DNA of 64,000 nucleotides. It comes from Psychrilyobacter sp. (GTDB taxonomy: Bacteria; Fusobacteriota; Fusobacteriia; Fusobacteriales; Fusobacteriaceae). The notes beneath the pieces are model-generated. The model searched no databases and was not told where the DNA came from. It was given only the letters and a program-made list of their open reading frames with translations. Position numbers and translations under genes: made by a program. Location of the stretch: contig NZ_JBAHZY010000140.1 of the NCBI RefSeq assembly GCF_037132775.1, positions 37,384-101,383 on the forward strand, read 5' to 3'. Positions 1-11,072 of this stretch are shown piece by piece; within the stretch, counting starts at the first letter, position 1, and the number at the start of each line of letters is the position of its first letter.

Positions 1-291
1 TCTGAAGGAGTTGCAGAGGAAGTGAGAGACAGTGATATAAGGATCATCATCCTCTGTCCGGGTCCTACAAAAACTTCCTTTGAAAAGATGGATAAGATAG
101 AAAAAGGACTCTTTAAAAACTTTCATATAGCTGAGCCTGAAGATGTTGCAAAATATCTATATAAAAACATAGACACTAAAAAAGACATCCTAATTCATGG
201 AAATTTGAATAAATTTATGATATTTCTTACCAAATTTATTCCTAGAAAGATAAACTTAAATTTAATAAAGAGGATACAAAAGAAAAAATAG
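1..291 (+). CDS. Short-chain dehydrogenase/reductase, C-terminal part (5' end lies outside the window)
   Basis: Frame is open from base 1: SEGVAEEVRDSDIRIIILCPGPTKTSF, matching the SDR C-terminal pattern (SE.l..E....I.V..lCPGpt.T.F). Confidence 0.85.
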   Translation, partial: SEGVAEEVRDSDIRIIILCPGPTKTSFEKMDKIEKGLFKNFHIAEPEDVAKYLYKNIDTKKDILIHGNLNKFMIFLTKFIPRKINLNLIKRIQKKK

Positions 292-333
292 GTGGAAAGG
301 TGAAAGAAATTTAATTTTTAAAGGAGTTTTAAG

Positions 334-891
334 ATGTTAAAAGAGTTATTTATATCTTTTTTTAAGATAGGTTTATTCACCTTTGGAGGGGGATATGCAA
401 TGTTACCCCTTATAGAAAAAGAATTGGTGGAAAAGAGAAAGTGGATTACTGAGGAGGAACTTTTGGAGATGTTTATAATCTCTCAAATGACTCCTGGAAC
501 CATAGCTATAAATGCATCTACATTTATAGGTAGTAAGAAAGCTGGAAAATCAGGTGGTTTTGTAGCCTCCCTTGGAATTATATTTCCATCACTTATAATC
601 ATTACCCTGATATATAATTTTTTAGGTGAATCTTTCGATAATCCGGTAATTCATAGTATTTTTTCAGGGATCAGAGCCTGTATCATAGGACTTATTGCAA
701 GTTCCACTTTAAAGATCTGTAGAAAAAGTTTTATATCTGGAATGAGTTATATTATTTTTATCATTGCATTTATTCTATTATTGATATTTGATATCAATCC
801 TATTCTACTCATCATCCTTGGGGCATTAATTGGAGCTACTGCTACTTTTTTTCTTCCAAATAAGATAAAATCTCTTTTGGAGGTGAAATAG
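334..891 (+). CDS. Chromate ion transporter (CHR) family, short-chain subunit 1
   Basis: FFKIGLFTFGGGYAM and SQMTPG signatures; AAGGAG RBS. Confidence 0.92.
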   Translation: MLKELFISFFKIGLFTFGGGYAMLPLIEKELVEKRKWITEEELLEMFIISQMTPGTIAINASTFIGSKKAGKSGGFVASLGIIFPSLIIITLIYNFLGESFDNPVIHSIFSGIRACIIGLIASSTLKICRKSFISGMSYIIFIIAFILLLIFDINPILLIILGALIGATATFFLPNKIKSLLEVK

Positions 892-1443
892 ATGGCTTAT
901 TTTATAACTCTCTCCAAATTATTTACCATGTATTTTAAGATAGGACTCTTTAACTTCGGAGGAGGACTTGCTTCTATCCCCCTTCTACAGCGTGAATTAG
1001 AAAAAAACGGATTTATGGAATATGATGAATTTTTTAATGTACTGTCTATATCTCAAATGACCCCTGGTGCCATCGCTATGAATACAGCAACATTTGTCGG
1101 AAATAAAGTAGCAGGAATTCCAGGAGCTATTGTGGCAACCGTAGCACTTGCACTCCCATCTATCATTGTTATTTTAATCTTAGCTAAAGTCTTACAGCGA
1201 TTAGAAAAAAACATCTATAAAAAAGCTGTTTTTTTTGTTTTAAAATCCCTGACTACAGCTCTAATTTTATATGCAGGATATATGATTGCCCGAGCTACTT
1301 GGGTACTCGAAAACAAAATAGAAGTTAAAACTATTTTTATATCTATCCTCATGTTTGGGATAGCCTATAAGAAAAAAATCAACCCAGTTATCCTTATTAT
1401 CTCTTCGGGAATTTTAGGATACCTCGGTTTGTATATAATGTAA
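892..1443 (+). CDS. Chromate ion transporter (CHR) family, short-chain subunit 2
   Basis: FKIGLFNFGGG and SQMTPGAIAMNTATFVG; ATG directly follows the previous TAG. Confidence 0.92.
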   Translation: MAYFITLSKLFTMYFKIGLFNFGGGLASIPLLQRELEKNGFMEYDEFFNVLSISQMTPGAIAMNTATFVGNKVAGIPGAIVATVALALPSIIVILILAKVLQRLEKNIYKKAVFFVLKSLTTALILYAGYMIARATWVLENKIEVKTIFISILMFGIAYKKKINPVILIISSGILGYLGLYIM

Positions 1444-1476
1444 CAAAATAAAAATTTTAAGGAAGGTATATGAAAG

Positions 1477-2304
1477 ATGAAGAAAAAAATATTAATTTTT
1501 GCTATGCTATGCTTTAGCCAGCTAGCAATGGCAAAATATGAACCATGGAACTATAATATGGTTCAAGTAAGTTTATTCAAAGGAAATAATGCCGCTGATG
1601 GAACTAGGGAAAATGTTGATGATATCTATGTTGAAATGGAAGGGTTTCATAGATATAAATTATTGGATCTATATTGGTTCAATGACTTTTTCGATATCTT
1701 GAATTCTGGCAGCAGTGATATGCACGGAGTCAAGCCTAGTATCTATGGGGAAATAAACCCTCGTATATCCCTAGATGGTCTTTTAGGAAAAGACCTATCT
1801 ATTGGCAGATTCAATGAATGGTTTCTTTCGTATCAACTGGACTATGATAATGGAAACTATAAGGGTGGACTCAGACGTCATCAGATTGGAATAGGTAGTT
1901 ATTTTGACTTAGAAGGATTTGATTATATCAGAACGAACCTATTTGCAAGGTATGCCACTAAATCATATGGTAAACCTAATGAAAATAGATGGGATGGGTA
2001 TTTATTTAATATAGCTTATCTAGCTCCTCTATATAAATTTGAAAATGGCTGGTCATTTGTATATAATGGATGGGTAGACTATGTTTTTGGGGCTAAAGAA
2101 TCTAAAAAATATAACAATAGTTGGAATGGAACTTCTGGAACAGATAACTCCCTCCAATGGTTTAATCAACTTAAATTCCAAATGGATAATTTTGCTGTCT
2201 CTGCTTCGGTAAAGCTCAACCATAATTTTACAGAGGTAGCCAGTAGTTCTTCTAACTCCAGTGATTCTACTCAATATATTCTAGGAGTTCATTATATGTT
2301 TTAA
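1477..2304 (+). CDS. Tsx/OmpK-family substrate-specific outer membrane channel
   Basis: Signal peptide (..LAMA|K); Y.EMEG, DLYWF.D.FD and YGEINPRISLD motifs; terminal aromatic strand ..GVHYMF. Confidence 0.8.
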   Translation: MKKKILIFAMLCFSQLAMAKYEPWNYNMVQVSLFKGNNAADGTRENVDDIYVEMEGFHRYKLLDLYWFNDFFDILNSGSSDMHGVKPSIYGEINPRISLDGLLGKDLSIGRFNEWFLSYQLDYDNGNYKGGLRRHQIGIGSYFDLEGFDYIRTNLFARYATKSYGKPNENRWDGYLFNIAYLAPLYKFENGWSFVYNGWVDYVFGAKESKKYNNSWNGTSGTDNSLQWFNQLKFQMDNFAVSASVKLNHNFTEVASSSSNSSDSTQYILGVHYMF

Positions 2305-2331
2305 ATAATTTATATGTTAATAATAAATTTT

Positions 2332-2367
2332 AAAAAACAGTATTTTCATTGAAAACACTGTTTTTTT
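2332..2367 (+). terminator. Intrinsic terminator after the tsx-like gene
   Basis: aaaaaacagtattttca-t-tgaaaacactgttttttt imperfect hairpin with T-run. Confidence 0.7.
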
Positions 2368-2765
2368 ATTCCTCTACACTGCCAAATTATTTTATCCAAA
2401 TATTTTCAGAAAATCTTTTTTTTTTTTTAAAAATCCATCTAGGTAGATTTATTTATTTTTATATTGAGAAAAAAATCAAAAAAACCTTGATTTTAAAACT
2501 AGTTAGTAGTATTATAGGGGAACTTCAGAATAAGTTTTTATTGAATATATATAAAAATTATTTTTTAAAAAAATCATTTAATCCTATAACAATAAAAACC
2601 GCTCCTAAAAAAACATCTATAGACACTAACATTGAAAGGGCTAGACAAAGAAAACCCTTACAAAATATGTTTTTAGGGATTTCTCGAAGAACAAACTACT
2701 AATTTTTACATTAATAATTGATACTAATTAGTAAGGAAATAAGAATATACCATTTAGGAGGAGTT

Positions 2766-4283
2766 ATGAAAAAATTGATAGGTTTATTGGCAGTGTTGAT
2801 ATTAATGGTTAGCGGTTGTGGAAAGGACAAAACATCTGATGAAAGCAATCTTAAAACTAAGGTAGATGGCGGAGAAGTTGTTGTTAGAATATCCCAAGAT
2901 ATGGATTTTTTAGACCCACACAAAGCATTAGCTGCAGGAACTTATGAAGTTATGTTTAATGTCTTTGAGGGCTTATTAAAACCAAACAGTGAAGGGAACT
3001 TAGTCCCCGCTGTGGCAGAATCTTTTGAAATATCAAAAGATAACCTCATATATACCTTTAAATTAAGGGATGGAATAAAATTTCACAACGGTAAATATGT
3101 AAGAGTAGAAGATATTATATTTTCATTGACCAGGATTAATGGTGATTTCCCAGGAAATTCAGTTGTAAAAGACCTGGCCAAAAACATCAAAAATATAAAA
3201 AAAATAGATGAGAAGACTGTCACAATAGAGTTAAAAAAAGTAGATGGAATAATCCTCAGCAAATTTACTATAGCTATTATTCCAAAAGATGTAGTTGATA
3301 TTGAGCAGTCACCTATTGGAACAGGTCCATTTAAATTTATAGAGTATCTGCCGGGACAAAAACTTGTTCTGGAAAAATTTTCAGATTATTGGATAGAAGG
3401 AGTTCCAACTATAGATAAGGTAGAATTTTCAATTATTAAGAATGAACAGAGTTCCATACTTTCTCTTCAAAGGGGAGAAATAGATCTTTATCCACGTTTG
3501 GGATCTACTCATATTCCAACTTTAGAAAATACACACAATATAATTGTAACTGAACAAAATCTTATGCAGATCTTATCACTAAATAATAAGGTTAAACCAT
3601 TTGATGATCTAAGGGTCAGACAGGCAATAGCCTATGCAATAGATTCGCAAGAAATTATCGATACGCTAGATGCAGGTCTAGGAAAGTCTATTGGAACCAA
3701 TATGAGCCCAGTTATGAAAAATTATTATAATGCAGAAACTGAAGGTATCTATACACATAATATAGACAAAGCTAAAAAATTGTTGAAAGAAGCTGGATAT
3801 GAAAATGGATTTGAATTTACCCTAAGCCTACCTACAAACTATCGATTCCACGCAGATACAGGGGTAATTGTCTCTGAACAGCTAAAAAAAGTGGGAATAA
3901 AAGCAAATTTAGTTGAAGTAGAGTGGGGAACTTGGTTGAAAGATATCTATGCAGGTAGAAAATATGAAGGTACTATAGTTGCATTGGATGGAAAGATTGA
4001 ACCCTACGATATATTAAATCGTTATATCAGTGATCATCGTAGGAATTTTATGAATTATGAATCTAAAGAATACGACTCTGTTATGAAGAAAATCACTCAA
4101 ACTACAGATGAAGAGACTAAAATAAAATTATATAAAAAAACTCAAATGATACTGGCTAAAGATCTCCCGGTTATATTTATCATGGCACCATCAGGAATAA
4201 TTGCAATGGATAAAGATCTTCGAGGATATACTTCTTACCCTATCTACGTACAAGATATCTCCACCCTTTATTTCGTAAAATAG
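2766..4283 (+). CDS. ABC transporter substrate-binding lipoprotein, family 5 (peptide/nickel)
   Basis: Start moved to ATG 2766 after AGGAGG; lipobox MVSG-C; FKLRDGIKFHNG, PIGTGPFKF, DLRVRQAIAYAID. Confidence 0.93.
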   Translation: MKKLIGLLAVLILMVSGCGKDKTSDESNLKTKVDGGEVVVRISQDMDFLDPHKALAAGTYEVMFNVFEGLLKPNSEGNLVPAVAESFEISKDNLIYTFKLRDGIKFHNGKYVRVEDIIFSLTRINGDFPGNSVVKDLAKNIKNIKKIDEKTVTIELKKVDGIILSKFTIAIIPKDVVDIEQSPIGTGPFKFIEYLPGQKLVLEKFSDYWIEGVPTIDKVEFSIIKNEQSSILSLQRGEIDLYPRLGSTHIPTLENTHNIIVTEQNLMQILSLNNKVKPFDDLRVRQAIAYAIDSQEIIDTLDAGLGKSIGTNMSPVMKNYYNAETEGIYTHNIDKAKKLLKEAGYENGFEFTLSLPTNYRFHADTGVIVSEQLKKVGIKANLVEVEWGTWLKDIYAGRKYEGTIVALDGKIEPYDILNRYISDHRRNFMNYESKEYDSVMKKITQTTDEETKIKLYKKTQMILAKDLPVIFIMAPSGIIAMDKDLRGYTSYPIYVQDISTLYFVK

Positions 4284-4291
4284 GAGAGAAC

Positions 4292-5227
4292 ATGATTTAT
4301 TTTATTAAAAGAATTAGCATAATGATCTTCACATTGCTTCTTGTTTCCGTTATATCGTTTTCGGTATTCCAAATAATCCCTGGTGATCCTGCCCTTTCAA
4401 AATTAGGAATGGAAGCTACCCAGGAACAAATAGACACATTGAGAACAGAACTCATGCTAGATAAACCATTATCTACACAATATATTTATTGGGCAAAAAA
4501 CATATTAAAAGGGGACTTAGGAGAGTCTATAAGATTTTCAAGACCAATAAAAGAACTTATAGGAGAGAGGATATTTGTTACACTGAGTTTAGGAATATAT
4601 GCCATCTTAATTGCAGTAGTTATAGGAATACCCATTGGAATTTTAAATGCCAAATATAACAATACTAAATTTGGAGTCTTTCTCTCTATATTCTCTCAAG
4701 TGGGTCTTGCTATCCCAGAGTTTTGGCTAGGAATAATATTTTTAATCGTATTTGGAATAATATTTAAGTTATTTTCACTGAAATATATTCCTTTTTCAGA
4801 GGATCCAATCTCATATCTCAGGATAATAACCCTTCCGGCTTTTGCCCTTGCTATATCTAGAGTTTCAGTTATAGCAAGACATCTGAAAAATATAGTATTG
4901 GAAGAGGAAGAAAAAGACTATGTAAGAACAGCATACAGCAAAGGGCTTTCAACCAATAAAATATACTTTTACCACATCCTTCAAAATGCCCTAATCCCAA
5001 CAATCACCATAATTGGTATGTTGACAGCAGGAGTATTAGGAGGAGCTATAGTAGTTGAACAGGTATTTAATTTACCAGGTATTGGAACCCTTCTAATTAA
5101 TGGAGTCACAACAAGGGATATCCCCTTAGTTCAAGCAATCATAACTTATATCGCTTCAGTAGTGGTAATCATAAATTTTTTAATTGATATATTATATAGA
5201 GTTATAGATCCCAGAATATCGATTTAG
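4292..5227 (+). CDS. Peptide/nickel ABC transporter permease (DppB/OppB-like)
   Basis: IPGDPA, GDLGES, DYVRTAYSKGLS (EAA-like loop), DILYRVIDPRI. Confidence 0.93.
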   Translation: MIYFIKRISIMIFTLLLVSVISFSVFQIIPGDPALSKLGMEATQEQIDTLRTELMLDKPLSTQYIYWAKNILKGDLGESIRFSRPIKELIGERIFVTLSLGIYAILIAVVIGIPIGILNAKYNNTKFGVFLSIFSQVGLAIPEFWLGIIFLIVFGIIFKLFSLKYIPFSEDPISYLRIITLPAFALAISRVSVIARHLKNIVLEEEEKDYVRTAYSKGLSTNKIYFYHILQNALIPTITIIGMLTAGVLGGAIVVEQVFNLPGIGTLLINGVTTRDIPLVQAIITYIASVVVIINFLIDILYRVIDPRISI

Positions 5228-5236
5228 GAGAATAAG

Positions 5237-6043
5237 ATGAATATAAAAATCAAAGATCATAATTTGATAATAGGAGGAGGAATATTAATATTTCTTTTAC
5301 TTATTATGGGAGTGAGTTTTTTTTATCTACCTCACTCTGTTACTGAAATAAATACAAAATTAAAACTCTCTGCCCCTAGTTTTTCCTATTTTTTAGGTAC
5401 CGATAATTTTGGAAGAGATATCCTTAGCAGACTCATGAAAGGATCTCAAACAGCTTTTTTAGTAGGATTAATCTCGGTGGGTATAGGCAGTAGTGTAGGA
5501 GTTTTTTTAGGAGCAATTTCTGGATACTTCGGTGGTAAAATAGATGAGATCATAATGAGAATAACAGATGCCATGATGGCTTTTCCCGGGATTTTATTTG
5601 CCCTTATGTTTATCTCTGTATTTGGAGTTGGAATAGAAAATACAATGATGGCCATTGGAATAATGTCCATACCGACATTTGCCCGAATAACCAGAAGCGG
5701 GTTTCTACGAGAAAAAGAATTAGAATATACTAAGGCAGCCAAGGTAAGAGGCGCTTCTAATTTTAGAATTATATATTACCATATCTTACCCAATGTTCTC
5801 TCGCCAATAATAGTTGCTGGAACTATGAGTTTTTCAAATGCTATCCTAGCAGAAGCAGCTCTTAGTTATTTAGGTCTTGGAGTACAAGCTCCTAATCCTA
5901 GCTGGGGTAGGATGTTAAGTGAGTCACAGATGTATTTTATGATCGCTCCGTGGTACACATTAGCACCAGGCTTAATGATTAGTTTGACTGTATTGGCACT
6001 CAATATGATGGGAGATTTTTTAAGAGAATATCAGAGAAGATAG
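5237..6043 (+). CDS. Peptide/nickel ABC transporter permease (DppC/OppC-like)
   Basis: LGTDNFGRD, AAKVRGAS, HILPN, EAALSYLGLG, PSWG. Confidence 0.93.
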   Translation: MNIKIKDHNLIIGGGILIFLLLIMGVSFFYLPHSVTEINTKLKLSAPSFSYFLGTDNFGRDILSRLMKGSQTAFLVGLISVGIGSSVGVFLGAISGYFGGKIDEIIMRITDAMMAFPGILFALMFISVFGVGIENTMMAIGIMSIPTFARITRSGFLREKELEYTKAAKVRGASNFRIIYYHILPNVLSPIIVAGTMSFSNAILAEAALSYLGLGVQAPNPSWGRMLSESQMYFMIAPWYTLAPGLMISLTVLALNMMGDFLREYQRR

Positions 6044-6051
6044 GAGAAAAG

Positions 6052-6990
6052 ATGACTATTGAAATTAAAAATTTAAATATATATTTTAATGAGAAAACAA
6101 AATTACAGGCTGTAAATAATCTTTCATTTTATGTGAAAAAAGGGGAAATTCTGGGATTAGTAGGAGAATCAGGATGTGGTAAGAGTCTTATCTCCCTATC
6201 TATTATGAGACTTTTAAGAAAAAATGCAAGCCTTAGCGGTGAAATCAATTTTCTAGGAAAAAACATCTTAAATCTTTCTGAAAAAGAGATGACTAGTCTT
6301 AGAGGAAAAGAAATTTCTATGATCTTTCAAGAACCTCTAACAGCCTTAAATCCCCTCCATAGAGTGGGAAAACAAATCGGTGAAACTTTAAAAATACATA
6401 CATCACTATCTAAAAAAGAGATAAAAGAAAAAACTTTGGAACTCATGAATGAAGTAAATTTAAAAGATTTAAAGGATACATATAAGAAATTTCCCCATGA
6501 ACTTTCAGGGGGACAAAGGCAAAGGATAGTTATTGCCATGGCGATTGCATGTGAACCAAAACTAATCATAGCTGATGAGCCCACAACAGCACTAGATGTG
6601 AGTACACAGGCTCAAATTATAGATCTATTGAAAGAAATAAATAAAAAAAAGGATAATTCACTTCTTTTTATATCCCATGACTTAGATTTAGTAGAAAGTC
6701 TATGCCATAGGATAGCAATAATGTATGCAGGTCATCTTATAGAAGTAATCGAGGCGCTAGGAGATGCAACACATCCATATACCAAATGTCTTTTAGAAGC
6801 CATACCAAATCCATTACATAAAGGTAAAGACCTCTATACCATCCCAGGAAGAGTTCCTACCTTATCTGAAAGAGAGAGTGGATGTCCTTTTGCTGCAAGG
6901 TGTTCCCTGGCAAAAGAAAAATGTCATAAAATTTTACCAGAACTTTTAGAAAGAGAGGATGGACATCTAGTTAGATGTTTCTATATATAG
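6052..6990 (+). CDS. Peptide ABC transporter ATP-binding protein (DppD/OppD-like)
   Basis: GESGCGKS, LSGGQRQR, IIADEPT; C-terminal HPYT...GCPFAARC. Confidence 0.95.
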   Translation: MTIEIKNLNIYFNEKTKLQAVNNLSFYVKKGEILGLVGESGCGKSLISLSIMRLLRKNASLSGEINFLGKNILNLSEKEMTSLRGKEISMIFQEPLTALNPLHRVGKQIGETLKIHTSLSKKEIKEKTLELMNEVNLKDLKDTYKKFPHELSGGQRQRIVIAMAIACEPKLIIADEPTTALDVSTQAQIIDLLKEINKKKDNSLLFISHDLDLVESLCHRIAIMYAGHLIEVIEALGDATHPYTKCLLEAIPNPLHKGKDLYTIPGRVPTLSERESGCPFAARCSLAKEKCHKILPELLEREDGHLVRCFYI

Positions 6991-6996
6991 GTGAAA

Positions 6997-7791
6997 ATGA
7001 TGGAAAATATACTCGAAATAAAAAATTTGAAGAAAAATTTTGGAAATTCTAATTTTTTTAAATTTAATAATTCCAAAGTAGCAGTAGATAATGTATCTTT
7101 TGAGATTAAAAAAGGGGAAATATTTGGTCTTGTGGGGGAATCAGGTTGTGGAAAATCTACAATAGGAAATCTTATAAGTAAACTTCTAACTGCTGATGGT
7201 GGGGAGATCATCTATAAAGGTAGGAATATTGATGGATTAAAAGGACGACGTGACCTCAAGGAGATGAGAAAAAACATTCAAATGATTTTTCAAGATCCCT
7301 ATCATTCTTTAAATCCTAAAAAAAATGTAGGATGGATCCTAATGGAACCACTTATAATCCATAACTTATATTCCCATAATGAAAGAAGAAAAAAAATTCT
7401 AGATATGTTAGAGATTGCAGGTTTTGATGAAAGTTTTCTAAATAAATATCCCCGTGAACTTTCAGGAGGACAGAGGCAGAGAGTTGCAATTCTTGCTGCC
7501 CTTATGTGTGAACCAGATTTTGTTATAGCTGATGAAGCTGTGTCTGCATTAGATGTATCTGTTCAAGCACAAATATTAAATTTCATGAAAAAGCTCCAAA
7601 ATAAAATGGGGTTGACATATCTTTTTATATCCCATGATTTAAATGTAGTTTATTATATGTGTGATAGGATAGCGGTCATGAAAGAAGGAAAAATTGTAGA
7701 AATAAATGAAGCTGAAAAATTATATAACAATCCAAAACATCCCTATACTAAATCTCTTTTAGAGGCAATCCCAAGAAAAAAAGCAAGATAA
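6997..7791 (+). CDS. Peptide ABC transporter ATP-binding protein (DppF/OppF-like)
   Basis: GESGCGKST, LSGGQRQR, DEAVSALDVS, HPYT; start could be 6991, 6997 or 7000. Confidence 0.95.
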   Translation: MMENILEIKNLKKNFGNSNFFKFNNSKVAVDNVSFEIKKGEIFGLVGESGCGKSTIGNLISKLLTADGGEIIYKGRNIDGLKGRRDLKEMRKNIQMIFQDPYHSLNPKKNVGWILMEPLIIHNLYSHNERRKKILDMLEIAGFDESFLNKYPRELSGGQRQRVAILAALMCEPDFVIADEAVSALDVSVQAQILNFMKKLQNKMGLTYLFISHDLNVVYYMCDRIAVMKEGKIVEINEAEKLYNNPKHPYTKSLLEAIPRKKAR

Positions 7792-7852
7792 CTATGATTA
7801 CAAAGTAACCTACTGATATTTTTGTGTTGCTTCTGGCGTAATTTCCTATACA

Positions 7853-7909
7853 AACAAAATAGATAAAACCTAGAAGAAATATGTACTTCTAGGTTTTATC
7901 TATTTTGTT
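7853..7909. terminator. Bidirectional terminator between convergent ABC operon and groEL
   Basis: Perfect 24 bp inverted repeat aacaaaatagataaaacctagaag / cttctaggttttatctattttgtt, 9 nt loop. Confidence 0.85.
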
Positions 7910-7916
7910 ATCTACA

Positions 7917-9563
<1,647 letters not shown>

Positions 9564-9661
9564 TTAGTCCTCTAACTTTTAATTACTAATCATTAATTAA
9601 TCACTCTTTTTTCTATTATATCACCTTAAATAAAAAAATTTACTGATTTTACTCAGCAAAT

Positions 9662-9913
9662 TTATTTATGTGCTGTTCCCTCTACAGTAATACATTGAAT
9701 TGAGTATCCAATCTTCCATTCAATTCTATCATCGATGGTTATATCTGTAATATATTTAGTTCCCTGCTGCTGGTTTTTAGCCGACTCAATAGCTTCATTG
9801 GTTGAAGGGGAGGCCCCCCTTGGAAATATATAAAGCATCATTGTCTGACAGTTGCGCCCCTTTACAGGACCTATTTTTTCAGTATTATCTATATTTATTT
9901 TAGAACCATGCAT
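9662..9913 (-). CDS. Small hypothetical protein, TRL-like lipoprotein-type domain with no signal peptide
   Basis: Strong RBS AAGGAGG; two Cys in G..C and C..V.G.A contexts. Confidence 0.55.
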   Translation of the reverse strand: MHGSKINIDNTEKIGPVKGRNCQTMMLYIFPRGASPSTNEAIESAKNQQQGTKYITDITIDDRIEWKIGYSIQCITVEGTAHK

Positions 9914-9991
9914 AGATTTTTTCCTCCTTCGTAAATTTTATCAATAAAAATTATAAAAAAAGCATGACATTGCATCTAAATAATAATAGTA

Positions 9992-10026
9992 AAGCCTCCA
10001 GATTAATTAAGTTAATCTGGAGGCTT
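9992..10026 (-). terminator. Terminator-like hairpin downstream of the U32 pair
   Basis: 15 bp perfect stem aagcctccagattaa / ttaatctggaggctt. Confidence 0.75.
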
Positions 10027-10041
10027 ATAGGTTAATAATTT

Positions 10042-10965
10042 CTATATTGATCTCTTACCTTCTATACCAAAGTAGAAACCCCTTGTAAATTCCCTTGGGG
10101 AAGCTTTTTCTAAATCTTCTAACCACCCTTTTTTTACATTAAAATTCCCATTATAGAAGTCCTTCATTCCTTCATTATAAACCCTAACTGCTGTTGTTAA
10201 GTAATCGTTATTCATCATTCTTCCTTCAATTCTTATAGCATCTACGCTTAATTCTAAAATTTTATCTAAATTTTCAATGGAACATAGATCTTTTGAATGA
10301 AATATATGAGTTCCATGCTCATCTTCAAATACCGGCATATATTCTCCAGGTCTTGTTTGCTCCTCTACCAAATATTTCCACTGTGCATTATTTGAATCCA
10401 AGTTTTCTTCCTTAGAAGACATATAGCTAGTTAATAAACTTCTACCAGAAGTAGACATATGCATAGCTCCATGAACATATATTTCTAATTCTATCTCAGG
10501 TACTTTTTTTCTAATATCTCTTACATTTTCAATGGATATTTCTCTAGCCAAGATAACTCTAGAAGCTCCCAACTTATGCCACATCCTCACAGCTCTAAAA
10601 TTAGTATTGCTTGCCTGAGTTAATACACTTATCTTTAAACTAGAAAATTCTCTAACAATTTGAAAAACTCCTAAATCTCCTACTACAACACCATGAACAC
10701 CAACAATTTCTAAAAATTTAACATATTCATCTAAACCTTCTAATTCATGGTTGTGTGGAATAATATCCAGTGTTACCCATATTTTTTTACTATTTTCTTT
10801 GGCATAACTTACAGCTTCTTCTAGTTCTTCATCTGTAAAATTATGACTCCCTGTTCTTAGGTTATATTTTTTACCACCTAATAATACACTATCGGCTCCA
10901 TTTTCAAAAGCTAACTTTAATTTTTCCATATTCCCTGCTGGGGCTACTAATTCTGTTCTTTTCAT
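10042..10965 (-). CDS. Peptidase U32 family paralogue lacking most conserved Cys
   Basis: ELVAPAG, RVILAREIS, SKDLC; HGAMHMSTSGRSLL where the family has HGA.C...SGRC. Confidence 0.9.
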   Translation of the reverse strand: MKRTELVAPAGNMEKLKLAFENGADSVLLGGKKYNLRTGSHNFTDEELEEAVSYAKENSKKIWVTLDIIPHNHELEGLDEYVKFLEIVGVHGVVVGDLGVFQIVREFSSLKISVLTQASNTNFRAVRMWHKLGASRVILAREISIENVRDIRKKVPEIELEIYVHGAMHMSTSGRSLLTSYMSSKEENLDSNNAQWKYLVEEQTRPGEYMPVFEDEHGTHIFHSKDLCSIENLDKILELSVDAIRIEGRMMNNDYLTTAVRVYNEGMKDFYNGNFNVKKGWLEDLEKASPREFTRGFYFGIEGKRSI

Positions 10966-11072
10966 CTTTTACTCCTTAAAAATCTCATGAATTTCTTGCA
11001 CCTTCATTTTCATAATATTTTCATAGACCTAAATTATGCCTATCTGGATGGAACGTCATGTTTCTTTTATCT

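Noticed and set aside
2349-2702. 117 aa ORF in the intergenic region
   Set aside because: TTG start inside a terminator hairpin, no RBS, F/K/I-rich composition typical of AT-rich non-coding DNA
9564-9589. Possible CIRCE element upstream of groEL (TTAGTAATT-N8-GAGGACTAA on the minus strand)
   Set aside because: Spacer is 8 rather than 9 nt and one arm matches poorly; could at most be a relic
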